From Octopus vulgaris (Eukaryota), in contig OX597842.1 in the NCBI GenBank assembly GCA_951406725.2, positions 33,170,001 through 33,234,000 on the forward strand: a stretch of 64,000 bases of DNA. Direction: 5' to 3'. Below the pieces are notes generated by a model, which worked only from the letters and a program-made list of their open reading frames with translations, was not told the DNA's origin and ran no database searches. Below are positions 1 through 13,381 of the stretch, in pieces. Each line of letters opens with the position of its first letter. Within the stretch, counting starts at the first letter, position 1. The position numbers were made by a program, and so were the translations under genes.

Positions 1-144
1 CCTCCCCTTTACACTTCATATTGACATTTCTGTGATAACGATCCCTATTGATCAATTTTTTTTTCCTCTCCCCCTTTTTTTTAACCCCCTTTTTTTGTCC
101 TCTTTCTCTCCTTTTACGATCCCTTTTGATCGAAACTCCCCCTT

Positions 145-178
<34 letters not shown>

Positions 179-248
179 CTTCAAAAGAAAAGCTCTACCT
201 TGTAATTTGTTCTATCTGTGTGCAGCCCTGTGTGGCTAATAAAGAAAC
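1..248 (+). mobile_element. 3' UTR end of Tx1/L1-type LINE (copy 1, cut by window edge)
   Basis: Near-identical to 1522-1770 (differs only in T/C run lengths); ends GCTAATAAAGAAAC and runs directly into (CTAT)n. Confidence 0.85.
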
Positions 249-792
<544 letters not shown>

Positions 793-793
<1 letters not shown>

Positions 794-1383
794 GGGCGAA
801 CCTGGACGTCGACGAGGAGTACCTGACCCGCCTGTTCAGGACGACTTTCGGGCCAGGGCCCATGGACAACTTCCAGAGATCCCTGGCCTGGCAGTGCTAC
901 CGAGAAGCGCTACCCGTTCGGGATAAGCTCTACAGACACGGCTCGAGAAACACGGGGCCGACCTGCCCGAGATGCGGTCAGAGCGACGAAACCGTTCTGC
1001 ACGCACTCGTTCAGTGCCCAACAATTTCCGACCTGTGGGCTTATGTCGAACAACTGCTGTCACGTGTGGGACGAGTCGGTTTATCAGCTGAGTCTATCGT
1101 CAATATTGTCACGCCTCCTTCCTTCAAACGGGAAGGAAGAGCTATTTTCATCATCCTTGTGGCTATGGCGAAAGAATGTATCTGGTGGACGCGTCTGAAA
1201 GGATTGGAGACAAACACTTTCCTCTCTGGTCAATCTCTCATCAACTTCTTCAAGTACCACTTGAAAAGGAAAGTGAGAGTAGAGAGGCAAGTTTTGTCTA
1301 GCGAATGTTTTAAAAAAAGATGGGTGAATGTAGCAAGAATGGCACGTATGAATGACGAAGCCACCTTGAGCATAGTCCTATGA
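793..1383 (+). pseudogene. ORF2 C-terminal zinc-binding (zf-RVT-like) region of Tx1/L1-type LINE, 5'-truncated but open
   Basis: [16 protein letters not shown]...CPRCGQSDETVLHALVQC...LW...AKECIWWTR matches the zf-RVT pattern W..L..ALP..CxxC..ET..H...C; stop TGA ends at 1383. Confidence 0.85.
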
Positions 1384-1770
1384 ACCCAGAAATCGAAAAC
1401 AGAGAGTTGCTTATTTGCAAAAAAAAAAAAAAAAAAAAGAAATATAAAATGTGACTTCATTGACCGAGGTTACCGTGGTCTTTTCCGTAGGCTTTTCTTT
1501 CCACGGGTAAACCTCACCTGTCCTCCCCTTTACACTTCATATTGACATTTCTGTGATAACGATCCCTATTGATCAATTTTTTTTTTCCTCTCCCCCTTTT
1601 TTTTTAACCCCCCTTTTTTTTTGTCCTCTTTCTCTCCTTTTACGATCCCTTTTGATCGAAACTCCCCCTTCCTTTTTTTTTTTTTTTTTTTTTTTTAAAC
1701 CTTCAAAAGAAAAGCTCTACCTTGTAATTTGTTCTATCTGTGTGCAGCCCTGTGTGGCTAATAAAGAAAC
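794..1770 (+). mobile_element. 5'-truncated Tx1/L1-type non-LTR retrotransposon (copy 2)
   Basis: ORF2 C-terminus, then pyrimidine-rich 3' UTR with AATAAA at 1760-1765; (CTAT)n on both sides. Confidence 0.8.
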
Positions 1771-1813
1771 ATATCTATCTATCTACCTATCTATCTGTCT
1801 ATCTATCTACCTA

Positions 1814-1882
<69 letters not shown>

Positions 1883-1884
1883 TT
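1771..1884. repeat. (CTAT)n microsatellite
   Basis: Direct reading. Confidence 0.97.
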
Positions 1885-1885
1885 A

Positions 1886-2325
1886 TCATGGGGTAGGTCC
1901 AGGCTTTTGCAAATCACCCAGTGAATATATTATGCAGCTCTATCATGCCTGTTGAGGTACTCTGTAGGCACTAGAAGACTGCATTTGGAGACAACATGAT
2001 CAATGGTTTCATTTTGTTGCTGACATACGCGACATGTTGGGCTACTGCCGTTCTTTAATATGTTGGCCTGGTAGTTCCTTGTAGGTAGGCATTGATCTTG
2101 AGCTGCTATGATAAACCCTTCTGTTTCTGAGTTTAAGCCAGAAGACACTAACCATTGATGACCATATCAGCTCTCTTTGGGTATTTGCCATTGAGAGGTT
2201 TTTCTTGCCATTTATCAGTCAGAATATCTAAGACAGCAGTTTTAGCAGAGGTTTTCATACGCTTAGCTTTTTCTCTGCTTGTCACCAGTTCGTCGTATTC
2301 TGGGATTTGTTGTATTTGGAAACCA
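1886..2325 (-). pseudogene. R4/Dong-type (RLE-class) non-LTR retrotransposon fragment with CCHC zinc knuckle
   Basis: WQEKPLNGKYP / SETEGFIIAAQDQCLPTRNY...CRVCQQQNETIDHVVSKC...EYLNRHDRAA*YIHWVIC; frameshift or deletion near 2148 and an in-frame stop at 1930-1932. Confidence 0.8.
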
Positions 2326-2598
2326 AATCGGTCTCTTTTACCCAACCGCTAAGTTACCGGTAACGTAGATACACCAATTCCGATAGTCAAGTGGTGTCGG
2401 GGGACAAACACAGACCCAAAGACACACATCATCATCATCATTGTTCGACCTTGGTCGAGGCAATGGAATTTACCATGCTACGCCAGACTTTACAGTCCAT
2501 CATAGCATTACGGAGGTCCTGTTGCTGGATGCCTGTATCCCTGGAGATTACATCAAGGTAGGAGAGTGTGCGCCCCTTGGTATTGCGTGTAGATCTCT

Positions 2599-2629
<31 letters not shown>

Positions 2630-2820
2630 GCATAGATATATACATATATATATACGACAGGCTTCTTTCAGTTTCCGTCTACCAAATTCCCTCCCAAGGC
2701 TTTGGGCGTCCCGAAGCTATAGTAGAAGACACTTGCACAAGGTGACATCTAGCAGGACTGAACCTGGAACCATGTGGTTGGGAAGCAAGCTTCTTACCAC
2801 ACAGCCACATCTTCGCCTAT
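2326..2820 (-). mobile_element. tRNA-derived SINE family A, interrupted by an RTE fragment
   Basis: 3' half at 2326-2427 and head at 2655-2820 match other family A copies. Confidence 0.8.
2428..2600 (-). mobile_element. RTE-type LINE 3' terminus
   Basis: GRTLSYLDVISRDTG...DLRNAMMDCKVWRSMV...stop, followed immediately by a (TGA)n tail; typical RTE C-terminus. Confidence 0.65.
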
Positions 2821-2965
2821 ATGTGTGTGTGAGCATGTGTGTGTGTAAATAAATGCGTATATATATATATATATATATGTATGTATATATATATATGTAT
2901 ATATATATGTATATATATATATGTATGTATATATGTATATGTGTATATATATGTATGTATATATG

Positions 2966-2998
<33 letters not shown>

Positions 2999-3203
2999 GT
3001 ATATATATATGTATGTATATATATATATATATATGTATATATATGTATATATATATGTATGTATATATGTATATATATATATGTATATATACATGTATAT
3101 ATATGTATATATGTATATATGTGTATATATGTATATGTATATATATATATGTATGTATATATGTATATATGTATGTATATATGTATATATGTATGTATAT
3201 ATG

Positions 3204-3234
<31 letters not shown>

Positions 3235-3330
3235 GTATATATATGTATGTATATATGTATATATATATGTATATATTTATATATATGTATATATACATAT
3301 GATGCATACACACACATACAAACACACACT
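2821..3330. repeat. (TA)n/(TATG)n microsatellite
   Basis: Direct reading. Confidence 0.95.
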
Positions 3331-3539
3331 ATTGTTGATTCCATTTAAAAGAAACTTGCTTTGCCATTAATGAGTTTGGCGATGTCATGTCGGTCGTTGT
3401 TTCAAATCTCCCTCACAGCGGGTGGTCACTGATGTCCTGAAGCCATGGGACAAAACGCCATCGCGCCCTAAGGCCAGGCGTCGTTAATTCCGCAACCTCG
3501 TCGATGGCGTCTCATTAGAGTTGTTCGTTACCATTAATG

Positions 3540-4119
3540 TTGCGGTTGTAGCAGTAGTAGTAGTAGTAGTGGTGGTGGTTGTGGTGGTGTCCATGGTGGT
3601 GGTGGTGATGGTAGTGGTGGTGGTGGTGGTGATGATGGTGGTGTTAGTGGTGGTGGTAGTGGTGGTGGTGGTGGTGGTAGTGGTGATGGTGGTGGTGATG
3701 GTGGTGGTGGTGGTGGTGGTAGTAGTGGTGTCCATGGTAGTGGTGGTGGTGGTAGTGGTAGTGGTGGTAGTGCTGGTGGTGGTAGTGGTGGTGGTGGTAG
3801 TGGTGGTGGTGGTGGTGGTGGTGATGGTAGTTGTAGTAGTAATAGAAGTATTAGTGCTGGCGGTAGTAGTAATATTAGCAGTAGTAGTAGTAGCGGTTGT
3901 TGTTGTTGTGGGGTGAAGATGGTTGTGCTGATGGTGGTGGTGTGGGTTGTTGTAGTATTAGTAGTAGTAGTAGTGGTGGTAGTAGTAGTCGTTGTAGTTG
4001 TAGTGGTAGTAGTAGTAACAGTGGTGGTGGTAGTAGTAGTAATAGCAGCAGGAGCAACTGCAGTAGTAGTAGTAGTGATAGCAGTAGTAGTAGTAGCAGT
4101 AGTAGTAGTAGTAGTAGTT

Positions 4120-4151
<32 letters not shown>

Positions 4152-4152
4152 T
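3540..4152. repeat. (GGT)n/(GTA)n compound trinucleotide repeat
   Basis: Direct reading. Confidence 0.95.
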
Positions 4153-5663
4153 GTCTTCGTTGCAGTTCGTGTTTCCGTCATGATTTTCTCGATGGAACAC
4201 AACAATATTAAAACAAAGGTGCTCCGAGCGTGACCATCGCGTCTTTTGTCTATGTATACCTAAGCCTATATTGTCTAATGTATCTTTGTTGTGTCAGTTA
4301 TTTTGTGACATTTTTCTTGGTGATTTGAGGGAAATTAGTTGCTATTTCTAGTACGCCGTCTGCCATCCATTTTTTTTTTAGTTTACGAAGAGTGTAGACT
4401 GTAATTTGAGGGAAACATAACTGTTATTTCGAGTAAGTCATGCGACAATTTCTTCTTCTTCTTCTTCTTCTTCTTCTTCTTCTTCTTCTTCTTCTTCTTC
4501 TTCTTCTTCTTCTTCTTCTTCTTCTTTTCCCTTTCTTCTTCTTTTTCTCTTTCTTCTTTACCTCCTTCTCACCCTCCTCCTGCCTCCTCCTCCTATACTC
4601 TCCCCTCCCCCGCCTACACCTTCTTCTTCTCCTTTTTCTCTTTCCTCTTCTTCCTTTTCTCCTTCCTCTTCTTCTTCTTCTTCTTCTTCTTCTTTCTTCT
4701 TCTTCGTTGTTCTTCTTCGTTCTTCTTTTGTATTTGTGTGCATGATTGTATGTGTGTACATAGATATATATGTATATATAAATATATGTGTTTGTATATA
4801 TATATATTTTTGTTGTTTTTGTAAAATCTCAGAAAATAATTAAAAATTCACATTTTTTATCAAATTATTTTGTTATATTTGTCTATCTATCTTCTTCTTC
4901 CTTTTCTTCTCTTTTTCGTCCTTCTCCTTCCCCCTTTTTCTCGTCCCCCTTCTCCATCATCACCCCCTTTATTTCCCCCCCGTCCCATATTTCCTTCACC
5001 CTCATTTCTTACCCCCGCCATATTCATATACACATAACAAAGACAACGATAATATTGTTGTCGACATTTTACACGTCTCTCGTCGCTGCAACTGTTGATG
5101 CTGTTGCGGCCATCGTTGTTATTATCGGTGTTGATTTGTCGTATTCTAATTGCAAATTAACACACAAGGACATCAACATTCGTTAATGAAACAACAAGCC
5201 TCACCTATACACATCCCTATACACACATTTTGTTTCGTAACCCACATTTTCTCGCATCATAAACTCCCTCTAAGAAATAAACAAACGGCAATTAAGGCTG
5301 CATGCACACACAAACGTAAATACATATATGTGTTATGCTGATGAACATCCAGCAAAAAAATCCCTTGAAATGACGGCGCTCTTTCTTTGAGGTAAGTTGT
5401 TTGTTCAAGGGAAACCGCAAACATATTTTCTCATAAGGAAATAAAATAATTAGTTAATTATAAATAACTTACATGTATGTACAAATATGTATATGTGCGT
5501 ATATTTGTGTGTATATATATGCGCGTGTATATAAATATACATGTGTCTGTACGTGCATGTGTGTGTATGATGTGGATAAAAACAAGATCCTTTATCGGGT
5601 TTTAATAACATTTTCATGTGGATGTATGCATATGCGTATGTATATATATATAAATGTGTGTGT

Positions 5664-5708
<45 letters not shown>

Positions 5709-5769
5709 TATGTGTGTGTTTGTATATATATATAGTTCGCGCTTGTATCTGGTTTGCATATATATATGT

Positions 5770-5827
<58 letters not shown>

Positions 5828-6038
5828 ATATGTAAATGTATAGGTATATATGTAGGAGCGCGTGTAAAAATGTGAGGTGAATATTTGATAGAGTATGTAT
5901 ATACATAAATGGATATCTACTCGCATATATATTCATATTTATGCTTTTATACATATTCATATACATGCATACACAGAAAAGCGCGCGCACACACGCATAC
6001 CGTATAATATACATACCGATGTGTAATGTGTTTGTATG

Positions 6039-6102
<64 letters not shown>

Positions 6103-6261
6103 CATATATATCTATGTACACACATACAATCATGCACACAAACACACATGCGCAAATACACAAACACACACAAACACACACACATGCACACACCTCAAGA
6201 GTCACGCAATATTTTTTTGCCATCGACGTGGTTCTTGCAATTATAAATACTATCAGCTTTA

Positions 6262-6995
<734 letters not shown>

Positions 6996-7250
6996 GATTG
7001 CCACCGTTCCAATTAGCTGCCAATTAACAGATGACATATTCACTTCCCCAAATTAATTCCTTCCAAGTCTTGTTGTCTACAACTCTTAACGAGGGAAACT
7101 TCAAACGACGCCGTCGAAGCCGCATTTGATGAAGAGCGGCGAGAGGCGACGAAACGGTGATGGCGGAAGCATACGGAGTCATCTGATGGATGTGGTGACG
7201 TTCATGCAGAACAGAAATGCATTTACTCAATGTTTTATATTTTTCCCAAC

Positions 7251-7827
7251 ATGTGGCTGTGTGGTAAGTAGCTTGCTTACCAACCACATGGTTCCGGGTT
7301 CAGTCCCACTGCGTGGCATCTTGGGCAAGTGTCTTCTACTATAGCCTCGGGCCGACCAATGCCTTGTGAGTGGATTTGGTAAACGGCGCAGGAGTGGCTG
7401 TGTGGTAAGTAGCTTGCTTACCAACCACATGGTTCCGGGTTCAGTCCACTGCGTGGCATCTTGGGCAAGTGTCTTCTACTATAGCCTCGGGCCGACCAAT
7501 GCCTTGTGAGTGGATTTGGTAAACGGCGCAGGAGTGGCTGTGTGGTAAGTAGCTTGCTTACCAACCACATGGTTCCGGGTTCAGTCCCACTGCGTGGCAT
7601 CTTGGGCAAGTGTCTTCTACTATAGCCTCGGGCCGACCAATGCCTTGTGAGTGGATTTGGTAAACGAAGCCGGAGTGGCTGTGTGGTAAGTAGCTTGCTT
7701 ACCAACCACATGGTTCCGGGTTCAGTCCCACTGCGTGGCACCTTGTGCAAGTGTCTTCTACTATAGCCTCGGGCCGACCAAAGCCTTGCGAGTGGATTCG
7801 GTACACAGAACCTGAAAGAAGCCCGTC

Positions 7828-7876
<49 letters not shown>

Positions 7877-8102
7877 TGTGCGTGTGTGTTTGTGTGTCTG
7901 TGTTTGTCCCCTCCAACATTGCTTGACAACCGATGCTGGTGTCTTTACGTCCCCGTCACTTATCGGTTCGGCAAAAGAGACCGATAGAATAAGTACTGGG
8001 CTTACAAAGAATAAGTCCTGGGGGTCGAGTTGCTCGATTAAAGGTGGTGCCCCAGCATGGCCGCAGTCAAATGACTGAAACAAGTAAAAGAGTAAAAGAG
8101 TA
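7251..8102 (+). mobile_element. SINE family A with four tandem ~140-bp heads and one body
   Basis: Heads near 7251, 7385, 7525, 7670, each with A box TGGCTGTGTGG and B box GGTTCAGTCC; then (TA)n spacer, body and (GTAAAAGA)n tail. Confidence 0.92.
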
Positions 8103-8185
8103 ATATATTTAAAAAGAAAAAAAATAAGATAAAAGGCGCTGGGGTGGTTGTGTGGTGAGAAGCTTGCTTCCCAAACACATATATA

Positions 8186-8280
<95 letters not shown>

Positions 8281-8337
8281 GCATATATTTATATATGTTT
8301 GTATTCGGTTATATGTGAATGGTTCTGTGTATATGTA

Positions 8338-8490
8338 GGCGTAGGAGTGGCTGTGTGGTAAGTAGCTTGGTTGCGAACTGCATGGTTCCGGGTTCAGTCC
8401 TACTGCGTGGCACCTTTGGCAAGTGTCTTCAGGCCAACCAAAGCCGCGTGAGTGAATTTGGTAGACGGAAACTGAAAGAAGCCTGTCGTA

Positions 8491-8566
<76 letters not shown>

Positions 8567-8678
8567 TGTGTGTGTGTGTATTTGTGTGCTTCCATCTCTT
8601 CATAACCGGTAAACAAGCGGTTCGGCATGAAGAGACCGACAGAATAAGTACTAGGATATACTAGATTTGCTCGACTAC
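8338..8678 (+). mobile_element. SINE family A, internally deleted
   Basis: GGCGTAGGAGTGGCTGTGTGG head plus partial body. Confidence 0.85.
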
Positions 8679-8834
8679 TTCTCCTCCTCCTCCTCCTCCT
8701 CCTTCTTCTTCTTCTTCTTCTTCTTCTTCTTCTCTTTCTCCTTCTTATTTTTCTTTGTTTTCTTGTTGTTGTTGTTGGTGTTCTTCTTCTTCTTCTTGTT
8801 ATCATTGTTATTGTTGTTGTTGTTGTTGTTGTTG

Positions 8835-8882
<48 letters not shown>

Positions 8883-9257
8883 TTTTATTTTTATTATTAT
8901 TTTTATTTTTATTATTATTTTTATTTTTATTATTATTTTTATTTTTATTATTTTCTCCTCCTCCCTGTTCTTGATCTTCTTCGTGTTCTTCTTGTTGTTG
9001 ATGTTCTTCTTTATGCTTTTGCTGTTGTTGTTGATGATGATGATGAAGATATTCGTTTGTGTGTTACGCTAATTGCCTGTTAATATGCAGGAATGCAGCC
9101 GTAAATAAGACAACAACCAACATCCCCACCCCCACCACCACCACGACCACCACTACCACCACCCAGTGTCCCTGACAAAATAAAGAAATATTCAATAGTT
9201 AGAGGTAAATACAAACATGTAATGACACACACACCCACAAACAAACAAACACACATA

Positions 9258-9405
9258 TGAGGGGCTTTGTGGTAAGAAGCTCGCTTCTAAACCACGTGGG
9301 TCCAGGTTCAGTCCCATAGTGTGGTACCTTGGGCAAGTGTCTTCTTCCTACAGCCTCGGGTGGACTAAAGCCTTTGGTAGACGGAAACTCAAAGAAGCCC
9401 TTCGT
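9258..9405 (+). mobile_element. SINE family A head, diverged
   Basis: GTGGTAAGAAGC...GGTTCAGTCCC...GACGGAAACT. Confidence 0.75.
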
Positions 9406-9407
9406 AC

Positions 9408-9548
<141 letters not shown>

Positions 9549-9723
9549 TAGATAGAGAGAGAGAGAGATAGATAGATATGTGTGTGTTTTTGTATATATA
9601 AATATAGATTAATTATTTGTACACACACATATACACACACACACACACATATATATATGGATATATATGCATACACACCTTCAAACATTTGTGTGTGTGT
9701 ATATATATGTATATATAGATATG

Positions 9724-9780
<57 letters not shown>

Positions 9781-9784
<4 letters not shown>

Positions 9785-9918
9785 AGAATTCACGAAAAAA
9801 AACAAAAGACGAAGATAGTTGGTGTAGAAAACAAACAGATGTATTTGTATAACGCTCAGGAATTGAAAAAGTCTTTTACGTTTCGAGCCTACGCTCTTCT
9901 ACAGAAAGGAACACAGAA
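9781..9918 (-). mobile_element. Short Penelope-like terminal fragment in (TA)n
   Basis: Homologous to 57078-57246 and the start of 20422; carries a hammerhead-like motif. Confidence 0.6.
9873..9908 (-). ncRNA. Minimal type-I hammerhead ribozyme, A6U core variant
   Basis: Minus strand: CTTT-CTGTAGA-A-GAGC-GTAG-GCTC-GAAAC-GTA-AAAG. Confidence 0.6.
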
Positions 9919-10079
9919 TATATACTAATATACTAATCAACTTGTATAACTCAATACTCTAAAATATTATACCTAAAATCATTAATTAAATTAAATATGA
10001 CATATTAACACAACACACAATGTAATATTTATAAAAGGTAATTATAGGAATAAGATTATATTAACTACGCACATATATA

Positions 10080-11025
10080 AGGAGGAGGAGGAAGAAGAAG
10101 AAGAAGAATGGAAGAAGAAAGGAAGAGGAAGAAAAAGAAGAAGAAGATGAAGAAGATGAAGAAGAAGAAGAAGAAGAAGAAAAAGCAGAAAAAGAAAAAG
10201 AAGAAGAAAGGAAGAAGAAGAAGAAGAAGAAGAAGAAAGAAAGAAGAAGAAGAAGAAGAAGTGGAAGAAGAAGAAGAAGAAGAAGAAAGGAAGAAGAAGA
10301 AAGGAAGAAGAAGAAAGGAAGAAGAAGAAAGGAAGAGGAAGAAAAAGAAGAAGAAGACGAGGAGGAGGAGGATAACAATAATATTAATAATAATAATAAT
10401 AATAATAAGAAGAAGAAGAAGAAGAAGAAAGGAAGAGGGAGAAAAAAGAAGAAAGAGAAGAAGAAGAAGAAGAAGAAGAAGAAGAAGAAGAAGAAGAAGA
10501 AGAAGAAGAAGAAGAAAAAAGGATGAGGAAGAAAGGAAGAGGGAGAAAAAAGAAGAAAAAGGAGAAGAAGAAGAAGAAGAAAAAGCAGAAAAAGAAAAAG
10601 AAGAAGAAGAAGGAAGAAGAAGAAGAAAGGAAGAAGAAGAAGAAAGGAAGAAGAAGAAGAAGAAGAAGAAGAAGAAGAAGAAGAAGAAGAAGAAGAAAGA
10701 AGAAGAAGAAGAAGAAGAAAGGAAGAAGAAGAAGAAAGGAAGAGGAAGAAAAAGAAGAAGAAGAAGAAGAGGAGGAGGAGGAGGAGGATAATAATAATAT
10801 TAATAATAATAATAAGAAGAAGAAGAAGAAGAAAGGAAGAGGAAGAAAGGAAGAGGGAGAAAAAAAAGAAGAAGAAGAGGAGGAGAAGAAAGAGGAGGAG
10901 GAGGAGGAGGAGGAGAATAACAATAATAATTATAATAATAAGAAGAAGAAAGTAAGAGGAAAGAAAAAGAAGAAGAAGAAGAAGAGGGGGAGGAGGAGGA
11001 GGAGGAGAAAGATGAAGACAAACGA
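10080..11025. repeat. (GAA)n/(GGA)n polypurine tract with internal duplications
   Basis: Direct reading; AAAAAGCAGAAAAAGAAAAAG recurs near 10180 and 10580. Confidence 0.95.
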
Positions 11026-11777
11026 TTGATGACGAGTCAAAAGTCAAAAGGCAGCAGATAGACAACAATATACATAACACTGAGAAGAGAGAACCAGAGA
11101 GGGGGGAGAAGGGGGAGGTAGAAGAAGAAAGGAAGAGGAGCGCAAAAGATTCAAAATAGAACTGGAAGGATGAGGTGGGGAGGAGGAGGAGGAGGAGGGT
11201 GAGGAGGCAGCGCTGATAAGCAAAAAGAAACATCTAGAAAATCGCAAAATAAAGACAAGAGGAAGATAAAGTTGAACGGCAATAAACAATAGAGAAAAAC
11301 GAACAAACAAAAGGTAAAAAAAACAACACACACACATTCGTACACACACGTACACACGGAAAAAAAATACAAAAAAAAATACACACAAAACGGTGAAATA
11401 CAAAGGCAGAAAATGTAAGGAACAATAAGGGATGCGAGAAAAAGAGAAGAGCTTCGCTGACAACAAATATGGCGGTTTTGGTCTTATCTGGACATATCTT
11501 TAATTTGTTGTAGTCGGCCATTGTTAGAATCTGTTTCGATCACAGCAGACATATTGGACTGTTTTAGATATGTCACTGGCAACGCCCCCGCCGCGCCACC
11601 CGACTCTCGCCAAACCCTCCACAACCCCCAACCGACCCCCACACACACCTTCGTCGGTTCTTGTTCTGATCTACGATGTTCTGTCATCACGGGAAAAGGT
11701 CTTGTCAGCGGTTGCTATTAATAGTAATTATAAGACGCGCGTACATGCATGCCGCTATCAAGATTGAACGTGTGTAA

Positions 11778-11825
<48 letters not shown>

Positions 11826-12325
11826 GTGTATGCGTATAACTTTTATGCAGATACAAACATGTGTATATAAGTATACACATATATACCTACGTCACTATAT
11901 ATGTTTGTGTGTAATATATGTATATATATATATATGTGTGTGTATGCGTGTGTGTATATACACTTATACGTAAATTTTTATATATGTGTGTAGAGATATA
12001 TGTATAAGTACACATGTGTATGTATGCACGTATGGATGCATGCATGCATGTATGTATATACGTATGTATATATGTATATATGTGTGTGTGTGTGTATACA
12101 CTTATACGTATATTTTTATATGTGTGTAGAGATATATGTGTAAGTACACATGTGTATGTATGCACGTATGGTTGCATGCTTGCATGTATGTATATACGTT
12201 TGTATATATGTATATGTGTTTGTGTTTATATTTGTACTTGCACTTGTGTATACAGCTGTAAGGATATACACACCTATGTCTTGAAGTTACGACCGTACAT
12301 GCTCACAAAACGCATGAACATAAAA

Positions 12326-12386
<61 letters not shown>

Positions 12387-12540
12387 TGCACGCATATACG
12401 TGCACGAATTTAAATACAGGCGGACAGTAGCACACGCGTGCTAAATACATATTTTTCATAGTATAAAAAAAAACCAAATATATATGTGGATGTATGTATA
12501 TGCATCTATGTATGCATATATGTAAGAGTATATATATAAC

Positions 12541-12649
12541 TAACCATATGGTTCCGGGTTCAGTCCCACTGTGTCTTCTACTATAGCCTCAGGCCAACCA
12601 AAGCCTTGTGAGTGGATTTGGTAGACGGAAACTGAAAGAAGCCTGTCAT

Positions 12650-12715
<66 letters not shown>

Positions 12716-12921
12716 GTGTGTGTCTGTGTTTATTCCCCCAACATCGCTTGACAACCGATGCTGGTGTGTTTACGTCCCCGTCACTTAGCGGTTCGGCAAA
12801 AGTGACCGATAGAATAAGTACTAGGCTTCCAAAGAATAAGTCCTGGTGTCGATTTGCTCGACTAAAGGTTGTGCTCCATCATGGCTACAGTCAAATGACT
12901 GAAACAAGTAAATGAGTAAAG
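12541..12921 (+). mobile_element. SINE family A, 5'-truncated
   Basis: B box, body and tail match family A. Confidence 0.88.
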
Positions 12922-13329
12922 ATCATATATATATATATACACACATACATGTATATAGGTGCATGAGCTTGTGTGTATATATATATATATTTTTTGTTTT
13001 TTGAAATTAGCTATTTCATCTTTAAATATGAGAAATTAAATATATTAGGTTTTCATTATATACAATCGTTTATAGAGTCTATTTTAGTTCTTGATTATAA
13101 TATTTTTATATATATTTTCATTGATAATTTATATATATTAGTTATTTCAAATATCTATATAAGTAGATATAGACTAAAATGGATATTAGCATATGGATTT
13201 TCTACCTTATAAATTAAAGTTAATATTTAACATTATTTCGATAATCATATTTAATAATAGAATTTATTTAGATTATATAGATATTTATATCGTAAAAATA
13301 TTGAATATATTTTATATTTTAGGTTTAGA

Positions 13330-13381
13330 AACCACCTGAAGAATGTCTAAGAAGTGCTGACACGAAACGATCGTAGTGGTT
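13330..13381 (+). ncRNA. Minimal type-I hammerhead ribozyme
   Basis: AACCAC-CTGAAGA-ATGTC-loop-GACAC-GAAAC-GATC-GTA-GTGGTT: 6-bp stem I, palindromic stem III, GUA triplet; A.C mismatch at the base of stem II. Confidence 0.8.

Noticed and set aside
3484-4205. Mucin-like poly-Thr ORFs on the minus strand
   Set aside because: Trinucleotide repeat with a frame break and no convincing splice sites or signal peptide
5335-5385. CTGATGA...GAAA hammerhead-like spacing
   Set aside because: No stem II, stem III or stem I complementarity
7120-7165. TTGATGA...GAAAC motif
   Set aside because: C3 is changed without compensation and no stems form
7385-7460. tRNA gene
   Set aside because: A and B boxes are present but there is no full cloverleaf, and it continues into the SINE body
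7418-8284. 288-aa ORF with repeated RHWSARGYSRRHLPKMPRSGTEPGTMW
   Set aside because: Antisense translation of tandem SINE heads, a typical source of spurious gene models
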